From contig CAWFDX010000002.1 of the NCBI GenBank assembly GCA_963814645.1, positions 368,480 through 432,479 of the forward strand: a stretch of 64,000 bases of DNA, read 5' to 3'. Both the position numbers and the translations under genes were made by a program. The notes below the pieces were generated by a model. It was not told the DNA's origin, ran no database searches, and worked only from the letters and a program-made list of their open reading frames with translations. The DNA comes from an uncultured Actinomycetes bacterium. GTDB taxonomy: Bacteria; Actinomycetota; Actinomycetes; Streptosporangiales; Streptosporangiaceae. Positions within the stretch are counted from its first letter, which is position 1. Every line of letters begins with the position of its first letter. Of this stretch, positions 52,834 to 61,288 are shown in pieces.

Positions 52834-54321
52834 TCAGTCCTCCTCTGGTGCGGTCACCGGCAGCCGGACCTGGAACCGGGTGTTCCCGGGCTCCGACTCC
52901 ACCCGCAGGTCGCCGTGGTGCCGGTTGACCACGATCCGCCACGAGATGTCCAGCCCGAGACCGGTGCCCTCACCGACGGGCTTGGTGGTGAAGAACGGCT
53001 CGAAGATACGGTCCTTGATCTCCGGCGGCACGCCCGGCCCAGTATCGCTGATCTCCACCAGCACCCAGTCGTTGTCCCGGGCGGTGCGCACGGTCAGCGT
53101 GCCGTGCCCGTCCATCGCGCTGACCGCGTTGTCGATCAGGTTGGTCCAGACCTGGTTCAGCTCGGCCGGGTAGGCCGGGATCGGCGGCAGGCTGCGGTCG
53201 AAGTCCTTGACCACTGTGATCCCGTCGCCGATCTTGGCGCTCAGCATCATGAGCGTGCTCTTCAGCAGCTCGTGCACGTCCACCACCTGGAACGGGGCCC
53301 GGTCCAGCTGGGAGTATTGCTTAGCCGCGCTGACCAGGTTGGACACCCGCTTGGTCGAGTCCTCGATCTCGTTCATCAGCAGCTCGGTCTCGACCGTGTA
53401 GTTCAGCCAGCGGAGGGCGCCCTCCAGGGTGCCGTCATCGACTATCGCCGCCACCTGGTCCAGCCAGCCCGCGTCCAGCCCGCCCTGCACGAACGTGGGC
53501 GCCAGCTCCCAGCCCCGGTCGCAGCCGTGATCCTGCAGCCAGTCGGCTACCGCGTCCTCCCGGTCGGACGCCTCCATCGGGGTCAGCTCGGGCGCCTTGG
53601 ACACCCGTTCCGCCGCCTCTTCCTGCAGCCGGACCAGGGTCTCCAGGCCGCTCTGGTCCCAGTTGCCCTGGGCGATCATGGCCAGCTTGTGCCGCATCCC
53701 GGCGATCCGGTCGCGCAGCGTGGAGGTGGCCCGCACCGCCGCGGCGGCCGGGTTGTTCAGCTCGTGGGTCAGACCGGCCGACAGCGAGCCCAGCGCGAGC
53801 AGCCGTTCCCGCTGGCCGACCTGCTGCTGGACGTTCTTGATGCCGAAGAACAGCCCCTCCAGCATGTGCACGGCCATCGGGAACCAGTCCCGCATCATGG
53901 CTGCGAACTTGTCCGCGTCCAGCACGTAGAACCGGCTCGGCTCGGTGACCCGCATCGAGTTGTCGTACACCTGCGGCACCCGGTCGCCCAGGTAGGCCCG
54001 GAACGCCCCGGTGTACACGCCGCGCCCGGAGCTGCGGTTCACCTCGACGTCGTCACCGCCGATCCGGCGGGACATCACCAGGGTGCCCTCGATCAGCACG
54101 TAGAAGCAGGTCGCCGGGTCACCCTCGCGGTAGACCTGGCCGGGGTCGAACAGCTCGACCCGGCCTTCCCGGCACAGCCATTCCAGCTGGTCGTCGGTCA
54201 GCTTCTCGAACAGGAACAGGGTGCGCAGCTCGGCCACGTCACACGGCAGGGTCTGCCGCCGGGTGGACTGGGAGGCCGGGGTCTGGTCTTCGGGTGACTG
54301 GGTGGCGGGCTCTGCGCTCAT
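52834..54321 (-). CDS. Cytoplasmic histidine kinase with N-terminal cyclic-nucleotide-binding-like domain
   Basis: CAP/cNMP-like beta-barrel region (LFEKLTDDQLEWL...FYVLIEGTLVM), H-box GLTHELNNP, N-box WTNLIDNAVSA and G-boxes DTGPGVP / GTGLGLDIS. No TM segments. Confidence 0.85.
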   Translation of the reverse strand: MSAEPATQSPEDQTPASQSTRRQTLPCDVAELRTLFLFEKLTDDQLEWLCREGRVELFDPGQVYREGDPATCFYVLIEGTLVMSRRIGGDDVEVNRSSGRGVYTGAFRAYLGDRVPQVYDNSMRVTEPSRFYVLDADKFAAMMRDWFPMAVHMLEGLFFGIKNVQQQVGQRERLLALGSLSAGLTHELNNPAAAAVRATSTLRDRIAGMRHKLAMIAQGNWDQSGLETLVRLQEEAAERVSKAPELTPMEASDREDAVADWLQDHGCDRGWELAPTFVQGGLDAGWLDQVAAIVDDGTLEGALRWLNYTVETELLMNEIEDSTKRVSNLVSAAKQYSQLDRAPFQVVDVHELLKSTLMMLSAKIGDGITVVKDFDRSLPPIPAYPAELNQVWTNLIDNAVSAMDGHGTLTVRTARDNDWVLVEISDTGPGVPPEIKDRIFEPFFTTKPVGEGTGLGLDISWRIVVNRHHGDLRVESEPGNTRFQVRLPVTAPEED

Positions 54322-56000
54322 AGTTTCTCCAGGTAGCGGTGCACCAGCATGACCGCCATGGCCCCCTCGCCGACGGCGGAGGCGACCCGTTTGGCGGATT
54401 CAGCGCGGGCGTCCCCGGCCACGAACACTCCGGGCACGCTGCTCTCCAGGTGGTAGGGCGCCCGGTCGAGCTGCCAGCCGGGCGGGTTCTGGCCCTCGAC
54501 GGACAGGTCCGGGCCGGCCACCACGAACCCGTGGTCATCCCGGACCACCACCCCGTCCAGCCATTCGGTGAGCGGAGCAGCCCCGATAAATACGAACAAC
54601 AGCCCGGCGTCAACTGTTTCCGTGCTGCCGTTGGCGGTGTTCCGCAGGGTGAGCTGCTCCAGGTGCCCGTCCCCGTCGGCCTGGATGATCTCGGTGCAGG
54701 TGCGCACCGTGATGTTGTCGATGCCCTCGATCTGCTGGATCAGGTAGTAGGACATGGACCGTTCCAGCGACGGCCCACGGACCAGCAGCGTGACCGACTT
54801 GGCGTGCTTGGACAGGTACACCGCGGCCTGGCCGGCCGAGTTGGCCCCGCCGACGATGTAGACGTCCTGGTCGATGCAGGCCGAGGCCTCGGTCAGCGCC
54901 GAGCCGTAGTACACGCCGCGGCCGGTCAGCTCCTCCAGGCCGGGCGCGCTGAGCTGCCGGTAGGTAACGCCGGTAGCCAGGATGATGCTGTGCGCGCCGA
55001 TCGTGCCGCCGTCGGCGAACCGGATGCCGCGCGCCGACCCCTTGACGTCCAGGCCGACCACCTCGCGGGTGGTGAGCAGTTCGGCGCCGAACTTCTGCGC
55101 CTGCATCCGGGCCCGGAGGGTGAGCTGGGCCCCGGACACCCCGTCCGGGAAGCCCAGGTAGTTCTCGATCCGTGAGCTCTGGCCGGCCTGGCCGCCGGTC
55201 GCGGTCCGCTCGACCAGCACGGTCTTCAGCCCTTCGGACGCGCCGTACACGGCCGCGCCGAGCCCGGCCGGGCCGCCGCCGATCACCACCAGGTCGTAGA
55301 AGTCTTCGGCCGGGGTGGTGCTCAGCCCGACCTTGCTAGCCAGCTCGGTGTCGCTCGGCGCGATCATCGTCTCGCCGTCCGGCGTGATGATCAGCGGCAG
55401 CGTCCGCCCGTCGGCCCCGGCCGCGGCGAGCAGCCGCTCGCCGTCCGGCTCGTCCGAGTTGAACCAGCGGTAGGCCACCTCGTTCCGGGCCAGGAACTCG
55501 CGCACCTCGCTGCACCGGGCCGACCAGCGGTGCCCGACCATCTTGGTCACGTGCACCGCCTGGTGGTTGCTGGCCCGCCAGGCGTCCAGCTGCTCGTCGA
55601 TCACCGGGTAGAGCTTCTCCTCCGGCGGATCCCAGGGCTTGAGCAGGTAGTAGTCGAGATCGACGACGTTGATCGCCTCGATGGCCGCGTTGGTGTCGGC
55701 GTAGGCGGTGAGCAGCACCCGGCGGGCGGCCGGGTAGAACCTCATCGCTTCCTCGAGGAACTCGACGCCGTTCATCTGCGGCATCCGGTAGTCGGCCAGC
55801 AGGATTGCCACCTCATCGCCGCGCAGGCGCAGCTCCTTCAGTGCGTCCAGCGCCGCGGCGCCGGATTCGGCTCGGACGATACGGTACTGGCCTCCGTATC
55901 GCTGCCGCAGGTCACGGGCTACCGCCCGGGACACTCCGGGGTCGTCGTCAACGGTCAGAATTGCGGTCAGGGCGGGGGTGTCCTGCGTCGGCGTGGTCAT
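54318..56000 (-). CDS. Fused response-regulator receiver / thioredoxin-fold linker / thioredoxin-reductase-like FAD oxidoreductase
   Basis: Receiver (LTVDDDP, ILLADYRMP, LLTAYAD, LLKPW), a middle Grx-like segment, then GGGPAGLGAAVY and GGANSAGQAAVYL dinucleotide sites and C-terminal VFVAGDAR. ATGA overlap with the kinase start. Confidence 0.9.
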   Translation of the reverse strand: MTTPTQDTPALTAILTVDDDPGVSRAVARDLRQRYGGQYRIVRAESGAAALDALKELRLRGDEVAILLADYRMPQMNGVEFLEEAMRFYPAARRVLLTAYADTNAAIEAINVVDLDYYLLKPWDPPEEKLYPVIDEQLDAWRASNHQAVHVTKMVGHRWSARCSEVREFLARNEVAYRWFNSDEPDGERLLAAAGADGRTLPLIITPDGETMIAPSDTELASKVGLSTTPAEDFYDLVVIGGGPAGLGAAVYGASEGLKTVLVERTATGGQAGQSSRIENYLGFPDGVSGAQLTLRARMQAQKFGAELLTTREVVGLDVKGSARGIRFADGGTIGAHSIILATGVTYRQLSAPGLEELTGRGVYYGSALTEASACIDQDVYIVGGANSAGQAAVYLSKHAKSVTLLVRGPSLERSMSYYLIQQIEGIDNITVRTCTEIIQADGDGHLEQLTLRNTANGSTETVDAGLLFVFIGAAPLTEWLDGVVVRDDHGFVVAGPDLSVEGQNPPGWQLDRAPYHLESSVPGVFVAGDARAESAKRVASAVGEGAMAVMLVHRYLEKL

Positions 56001-56077
56001 CCGCGCACCCTGGACGGCTCAGTTTTGCGTGTTGGCCACCTCATACGCCCATCGTAAGAAACCGCGCAAGCCGGAGC

Positions 56078-56620
56078 TCAGCGGCCTTGGACCGGGTCTT
56101 CGTGGTCGTCGATGTCGTCCCGGCCCCGGCGGGACAGTGGCAGCGCGAACCACAGCGCGGCGAACACGCAGAGCAGGCCGCCGCTAATCACATCCGCGCG
56201 TAGTCCCGGGGCCACGAAACTGGTCACCAGCAGCACCGCTGAGCACACCGCCAGCCCCACCGTGATCAGCCCGGCGATGGCCAGCACGTTGGTCACCCGG
56301 ACCAGGCTCTCCTTCTCGTGCCGCCGGAACAGCAGCCGGTGATAGGCGACCGGCGCGACCAGCAGCGCGGTGGACAGGGCGGCCAGCACCACGGTGACGA
56401 GGTAGATGGCGCGCTCGGTGTGATCCAGCTTGGTGAACCGGTTGTCGAACGGGATCGTCAGCAGGAAGCCGAACATGACCTGGATGCCGATGCCGACCAC
56501 GCGGAGTTCGTTGAGCAGCTCTATGACATTGCGGTCGGCCCGCTCGGCCATGGTCTCCCCGGGCCGGTCCGGTTCGGCCCGGGCCTCGTCGGCGGCTTCC
56601 CGGGAGCTGTCCGTGCTCAT
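56078..56620 (-). CDS. DUF6328-like membrane protein
   Basis: ERADRNVIELLNELRVVGIGIQVMFGFLLTIPF followed by further TM helices, which is typical for the family. Confidence 0.7.
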   Translation of the reverse strand: MSTDSSREAADEARAEPDRPGETMAERADRNVIELLNELRVVGIGIQVMFGFLLTIPFDNRFTKLDHTERAIYLVTVVLAALSTALLVAPVAYHRLLFRRHEKESLVRVTNVLAIAGLITVGLAVCSAVLLVTSFVAPGLRADVISGGLLCVFAALWFALPLSRRGRDDIDDHEDPVQGR

Positions 56621-56754
56621 CCTGCCCGGGGCCCTGCGCTAGCCATGTCCCCGAGTTACCCGCCGGCCGCACGGCAAAACGACCGCGCTGGCCGGCGGGC
56701 TGAGCGGCCCGGTGGCTGCTTGACGGGGGTTGCGGGGTGTGATCTTCTGTCTTG

Positions 56755-56912
56755 CGTTCCGCCGACGGCAGGGCAGGAAGCCGGTGCGAGTCCGGCGCGG
56801 TCCCGCCACTGTGACCGGGGAGCGAGTCCCGTGACGGCCACGACCGCGAGAGCGGTGGGAAGGCCGGGAGGAGCTTCGATCCGGGAGCCAGGAGACTGCG
56901 GCTGTCGGTCCA
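56755..56912 (+). promoter_or_regulatory. Cobalamin (AdoCbl) riboswitch
   Basis: Core aggaagccggtgcgagtccggcgcggtcccGCCACTGtgaccgggg carries the B12 box at 56805-56811. Downstream are gggaaggccggg and ccgggagccaggagac. P1 candidates are ccgacggcag (56761-56770) and ctgcggctgtcgg (56897-56909). It lies directly upstream of cbiB. Confidence 0.85.
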
Positions 56913-56952
56913 ACGCCTGCGGGGCGTGGTTACCCCGGGGAGGGCTCAGCTG

Positions 56953-57909
56953 ATGATGGTGCCGTCGCGGCCAGGATCCGCGCGGGCGGCCGGGCTGCTG
57001 GCTGGCGGGCTGCTGGACGCCGTGCTGGGCGACCCACGGCGCGGGCACCCGGTGGCGATCTTCGGCGCCGCGGCTACCCGGGCCGAAAATCTGCTCTGGT
57101 CCGACAGCCGGGGCCGGGGCGCGGCCATGGTGGCCGCGTGCGTGGCCCCGGTAGCGCTGGCTGGCCTGGGCGCGCAGCGGGTGACCCGGGGGCGCCCGGC
57201 GCTCACCGTGGCCGCCACCGCGCTGGCCAGCTGGACGGTGCTGGGCGGGGCCAGCCTGGGCGGCTCGGCGCTGCCCCTCGGCCGCGCGCTGGCCGCCGGT
57301 GACCTGGCTGCGGCCCGGCGGATGCTGCCCGCCTTGTGCGGCCGCGACCCGGACCAGCTCGATGCGGCCGGCCTGGCCCGGGCGGTCGTGGAGTCGGTGG
57401 CCGAGAACACCTCCGACGCGGTGGTCGCCCCGCTGCTGTGGGGCGCGGTGGCCGGGCTGCCCGGCCTGCTCGGCTACCGCGCGGTGAACACCCTGGACGC
57501 GATGATCGGCCAGCGCAGCCCGCGCTACCAGCGGTTCGGCTGGGCGGCGGCCCGGCTGGACGACGCGGCCAACCTGATCCCGGCCCGGGTCACCGGCCTG
57601 CTCGCGGTCGCGCTGGCGCCTTCCGTCGGCGGCAGCTCCCGGCGCGCGCTGCGCACCCTGCTCCGCGACGGCCGGCGCCATCCCAGCCCGAACGCCGGCC
57701 AGTGCGAGGCGGCGTTCGCGGGCGCGCTGGGCGTCCAGCTGGGCGGCCGGAACAGCTATCAGGGCCGGGCCGAGCAGCGTGGCCTGCTGGGCGACGGCGT
57801 ACCACCGGCCGCCGCCGACATCGACCGGGCCGTCCGGCTGTCCCGGCTGGTCAGCGCGGCCGCGCTGGGCCTGGCGGCCATCGTGGCCTGGAGGAGGACA
57901 TACCGATGA
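56953..57909 (+). CDS. cbiB: Adenosylcobinamide-phosphate synthase CbiB/CobD
   Basis: LLDAVLGDPRRGHPV, AENTSDAVVAPL and NTLDAMIGQRSPRY...AARLDDAANLIPAR. ATG at 56953 is preceded by ggggaggg. The ORF opens at 56926. Confidence 0.9.
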   Translation: MMVPSRPGSARAAGLLAGGLLDAVLGDPRRGHPVAIFGAAATRAENLLWSDSRGRGAAMVAACVAPVALAGLGAQRVTRGRPALTVAATALASWTVLGGASLGGSALPLGRALAAGDLAAARRMLPALCGRDPDQLDAAGLARAVVESVAENTSDAVVAPLLWGAVAGLPGLLGYRAVNTLDAMIGQRSPRYQRFGWAAARLDDAANLIPARVTGLLAVALAPSVGGSSRRALRTLLRDGRRHPSPNAGQCEAAFAGALGVQLGGRNSYQGRAEQRGLLGDGVPPAAADIDRAVRLSRLVSAAALGLAAIVAWRRTYR

Positions 57910-59648
57910 GCGACGAGGCCAACTCGCTGCCGCAGGCGGACATTGATGCGCTGTACCGGGTCGTGGCCGAGCGCCGCGACGTGCGCAACGGATTCCGGCC
58001 GGATCCGGTGGACGACGCCACGCTGACCCGGGTGCTGGCCGCCGCGCACCAGGCGCCCAGCGTCGGGCTCAGCCAGCCCTGGGACTTCATCGTGCTGCGT
58101 GACCGGGAGATCCGGGCCCAGGTGCACGCGCTGGCCCGCCGCCAGCAGGACGTGTTCGCGGCCCAGCTGCCCGGCGCGCGGGCCCGGGCCTTCAGCCAGC
58201 TGAAGGTCGAGGCGATCCTGGACACCCCGGTCAACATCGTGGTCACCTGCGATGCCACCCGGGGCGGCCGCCACGTGCTGGGCCGGCACGCGCAGCCGCA
58301 GGTGGCCGCGTACTCGACGGCCTGCGCGGTGCAGAACCTGTGGCTCGCGGCCCGGGCCGAGGGGCTCGGCGTGGGCTGGGTCAGCTTCTTCGCCGAGCGC
58401 GAGCTGGCCGCGGTCCTCGGGCTGCCCGGGCACCTGGAGGTCGTCGCCTACCTGTGCGTGGGCCACGTCACCGAGTTCCCGCCCGCACCGGAGCTGGTGC
58501 TCAGCGGCTGGGCCCAGCGCCGGCCGCTGGCCTGGGCGGTGCACGACGGGCAGTGGGGCCGCCGCGGGCTGCCCGGCCAGCGGCCGGCCCGGCTACTGGC
58601 CGACACGGTGGCCGCCATCCAGCCGCTGGACGCCGCGGCGGTCGCCCAGGCCCGGGAGCGGCAGGAGGCGCTGACCAAGCCGAGCGGCTCGCTGGGCCAG
58701 CTGGAAGCGGTGTCGGTGCAGCTGGCTGGCGTGGCCGGGGAGTGCCCGCCGCCGCTGCCGGAACCGGCCGTGGTGGCCGTGTTCGCCGCCGACCATGGGG
58801 TGCACGCCCAGGGCGTCACGCCCTGGCCACAGGAGGTCACCGCGCAGATGGTGGCCAACTTCCTGGCCTCCGGCGCGGTGGTCAACGCGATCGCGGCCCA
58901 GGCCGGTGCCGAGGTGTGCGTGGTCAACGTGGGCGTCGCCGCCGACCTGCCGCCCGGTCCCGGGCTGCTGCCGCGGAAGATCCGGCCGGGCACCGCGGAC
59001 ATGACCACCGGGCCGGCGATGAGCCGGGCCGAGGCCGAGCAGGCCGTCGAGGTGGGCATCGAGACCGCCCGCGACCTGGTCGCGGCGGGCAACCGCTGCC
59101 TGCTGACCGGGGACATGGGCATCGCCAACACGACCGCGTCGGCCGCGCTGATCGCGGTGTTCACCGGGGCCGACCCGGAGCAGGTCACCGGGCGGGGCAC
59201 TGGGATCGACGACCAGACCTGGCAGCGCAAGGTCGGCGTGGTGCGCCGGGCGCTGGCCCGCCACGCCGCTGACCCGGCCGACCCGCTGGGCGTGCTGGCC
59301 GCGGTGGGCGGCCTGGAGCACGCCGCGCTGGCCGGCTTCATGCTCGGCGGCGCCGCACTGCGGGTGCCGGTGCTGCTGGACGGCGTCATCGCGTGCGCCG
59401 CCGCGCTGGCCGCCCGCGCGCTGGCCCCGGACGTCACGGGGTTCCTGATCGCCGGGCATCTGTCCAGCGAGCCCGGGGCCCGCCGGGCGCTGGACGCGCT
59501 CCGGCTGCGCCCGCTGCTCGACCTGGAGCTGCGGCTCGGCGAGGGGTCCGGGGCCGCGCTGGCGCTGCCGGTGGTCGGCGCGGCCGCCCGGGTGCTGCGC
59601 GACGTGGCCACGTTCGACAGCGCAGGCGTGTCCGGTGAAAAGGAATGA
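57906..59648 (+). CDS. bluB-cobT: Fusion of 5,6-dimethylbenzimidazole synthase (BluB) and nicotinate-nucleotide--DMB phosphoribosyltransferase (CobT)
   Basis: N-terminal nitroreductase-fold BluB region (VVAERRDVRNGFRPDPV..., APSVGLSQPWDFIV, GVGWVS). The CobT region follows (LTKPSGSLGQLE, VFAADHGV, GDMGIANTTASAAL, GEGSGAALA). ATGA overlap with cbiB. The upstream 190 codons of ORF 57336 were rejected. Confidence 0.85.
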   Translation: MSDEANSLPQADIDALYRVVAERRDVRNGFRPDPVDDATLTRVLAAAHQAPSVGLSQPWDFIVLRDREIRAQVHALARRQQDVFAAQLPGARARAFSQLKVEAILDTPVNIVVTCDATRGGRHVLGRHAQPQVAAYSTACAVQNLWLAARAEGLGVGWVSFFAERELAAVLGLPGHLEVVAYLCVGHVTEFPPAPELVLSGWAQRRPLAWAVHDGQWGRRGLPGQRPARLLADTVAAIQPLDAAAVAQARERQEALTKPSGSLGQLEAVSVQLAGVAGECPPPLPEPAVVAVFAADHGVHAQGVTPWPQEVTAQMVANFLASGAVVNAIAAQAGAEVCVVNVGVAADLPPGPGLLPRKIRPGTADMTTGPAMSRAEAEQAVEVGIETARDLVAAGNRCLLTGDMGIANTTASAALIAVFTGADPEQVTGRGTGIDDQTWQRKVGVVRRALARHAADPADPLGVLAAVGGLEHAALAGFMLGGAALRVPVLLDGVIACAAALAARALAPDVTGFLIAGHLSSEPGARRALDALRLRPLLDLELRLGEGSGAALALPVVGAAARVLRDVATFDSAGVSGEKE

Positions 59649-60253
59649 TCCGCTGGGCCTGGGTTAACCGGGCCGGGGTTAGCTGGCCGCGGCGCGGCCA
59701 GCGGCACCGGGTGCTGGTGCTCGGCGGCGCCCGCTCCGGCAAGTCGGTGACCGCGGAGCGCATGCTGGCCGCCCGGGACCGGGTGGACTACGTGGCCACC
59801 GGCGGCCGCCCGGACCCGGCCGACCCGGAGTGGGCCGGCCGGGTCCGCACACATCAGCAGCGCCGCCCGGCGCACTGGGTCACGCTGGAAACGCTGGACC
59901 TGGCCCAGGTGCTGGCCGGGCCGCAGCTGACCGCGCGGGACCGGGCCACCCCGGTGCTGGTGGACTGCCTGTCCACCTGGCTGGCCGGGGTCATGGACGA
60001 GTGCGGGCTGTGGGCCGGCCGCCCCGGCGCCGACGAGGACCTGGCCACCCGGGTGAACGGGCTGCTCGCCGCGTGGCGGGCCACCGCCCGGCCGGTGGTG
60101 GCGGTCAGCAACGAGGTCGGCTCGGGCGTGGTGCCGGGCACCGAGTCCGGCCGCCGTTACCGCGACGAGCTGGGCATGCTCAACACCCGGATCGCGGCCG
60201 ACTGCGAGCAGGTCTGGCTGTGCACCGCCGGGATCGCCCGGCGGCTGCGGTGA
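59645..60253 (+). CDS. cobU: Adenosylcobinamide kinase / adenosylcobinamide-phosphate guanylyltransferase
   Basis: P-loop GGARSGKS, VDCLSTWL and SNEVGSGVVP. ATGA overlap upstream. A shorter form starting nearer the P-loop is possible. Confidence 0.85.
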   Translation: MIRWAWVNRAGVSWPRRGQRHRVLVLGGARSGKSVTAERMLAARDRVDYVATGGRPDPADPEWAGRVRTHQQRRPAHWVTLETLDLAQVLAGPQLTARDRATPVLVDCLSTWLAGVMDECGLWAGRPGADEDLATRVNGLLAAWRATARPVVAVSNEVGSGVVPGTESGRRYRDELGMLNTRIAADCEQVWLCTAGIARRLR

Positions 60254-61050
60254 CCCGGGAGACGGTGATGACCCGGGCCCCGCGCACCTCCTCGTGGCGG
60301 GCCGCGCTGAGCCTGTTCACGGTCATCCCGGTCCGCGCGCCGGCCGAGCTCGATGCGGACGCGACGGCCCGGGCCATGTTCTGGCTGCCCGCGGTGGGCC
60401 AGCTGCTCGGCCTGGTGGCGGCGGCCGGGCTGGCCATCGCGGCGGCTGGCCGCCCGTCCGTGCCGCGGCAGTTGCTCGGCGCGGCCGTCGCCGTGGCGCT
60501 GCTGGCCGCGCTGACCGGCGGCCTGCACCTGGACGGGCTGGCCGACACGGCGGACGGGCTGGGCAGCCGCCGCCCGGCGGCCGACGCGCTGGCCATCATG
60601 CGCCGCCCGGACATCGGCCCGCTCGGGGTGGTCACGCTGGTGCTGGTGCTGCTGATCCAGGTGACCGCGCTGGCCGCGGTGCCGCGCGGCTGGCCTGCGG
60701 TGGCCGCCCTGGTGCTGGCCGCGGTGACTGGCCGGGTCGCCGCCGTGCTGGCCACCGGGGTGCCCGCCGCGCGGCCGGGTGGGCTGGGCGCGCTGGTGGC
60801 GGGCCGGACCGAGCAGGCCGGGCGGGTAGCGACCGGACTCGTCCTGCTGGCCGCGGTGGTGCCGGCCGGGCTCGCCGTGGGCGGCGTGCCGGCCATGCTG
60901 CGCGGGCTGGCCGGGGCGCTGGCCGGGCTGCTGGCCGGCGGCCTGCTGGCCCGGACCGCCCGGCGGCGGCTGGGCGGGATGACCGGTGACGTGTTCGGCG
61001 CGATCATCGAGCTGAGCACGGCGGTCGTCCTGCTGGCCCTGGTCTTTTAA
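60250..61050 (+). CDS. cobS: Adenosylcobinamide-GDP ribazoletransferase (cobalamin synthase)
   Basis: LSLFTVIPV, GGLHLDGLADTADG and GMTGDVFGA, with multiple TM segments. The GTG start overlaps the cobU stop. An alternative ATG lies at 60268. Confidence 0.85.
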   Translation: MTRETVMTRAPRTSSWRAALSLFTVIPVRAPAELDADATARAMFWLPAVGQLLGLVAAAGLAIAAAGRPSVPRQLLGAAVAVALLAALTGGLHLDGLADTADGLGSRRPAADALAIMRRPDIGPLGVVTLVLVLLIQVTALAAVPRGWPAVAALVLAAVTGRVAAVLATGVPAARPGGLGALVAGRTEQAGRVATGLVLLAAVVPAGLAVGGVPAMLRGLAGALAGLLAGGLLARTARRRLGGMTGDVFGAIIELSTAVVLLALVF

Positions 61051-61288
61051 TTATGATCCTGCACCTGAACGTATTTCGGTCTGGACATATATCGGGGGTG
61101 GCCCAGCTGGGCCTGTGCGGGCATAATGCGGGGCAATGGCGATTCCGGCAACCCGTCTCTCACCGGCTGCGGCGCGCAGCTCTTACCCGCATCGCCCGGG
61201 TCCCGCCGCGGTATCACAGTTGCCGGCCGTCTTCTACAAATCCCTGGCCACTGTCCCGTTCCCGTTCCCGTTGAAAGGACGACGCCTT

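Noticed and set aside
57336-57905. First 190 codons of the 770-aa ORF 57336-59648
   Set aside because: They overlap cbiB in another frame and are Arg/Gly/Pro-rich. The BluB-like sequence starts at ATG 57906, coupled to the cbiB stop. The first 140 codons of ORF 59830-61050, which overlap cobU, were rejected for the same reason.
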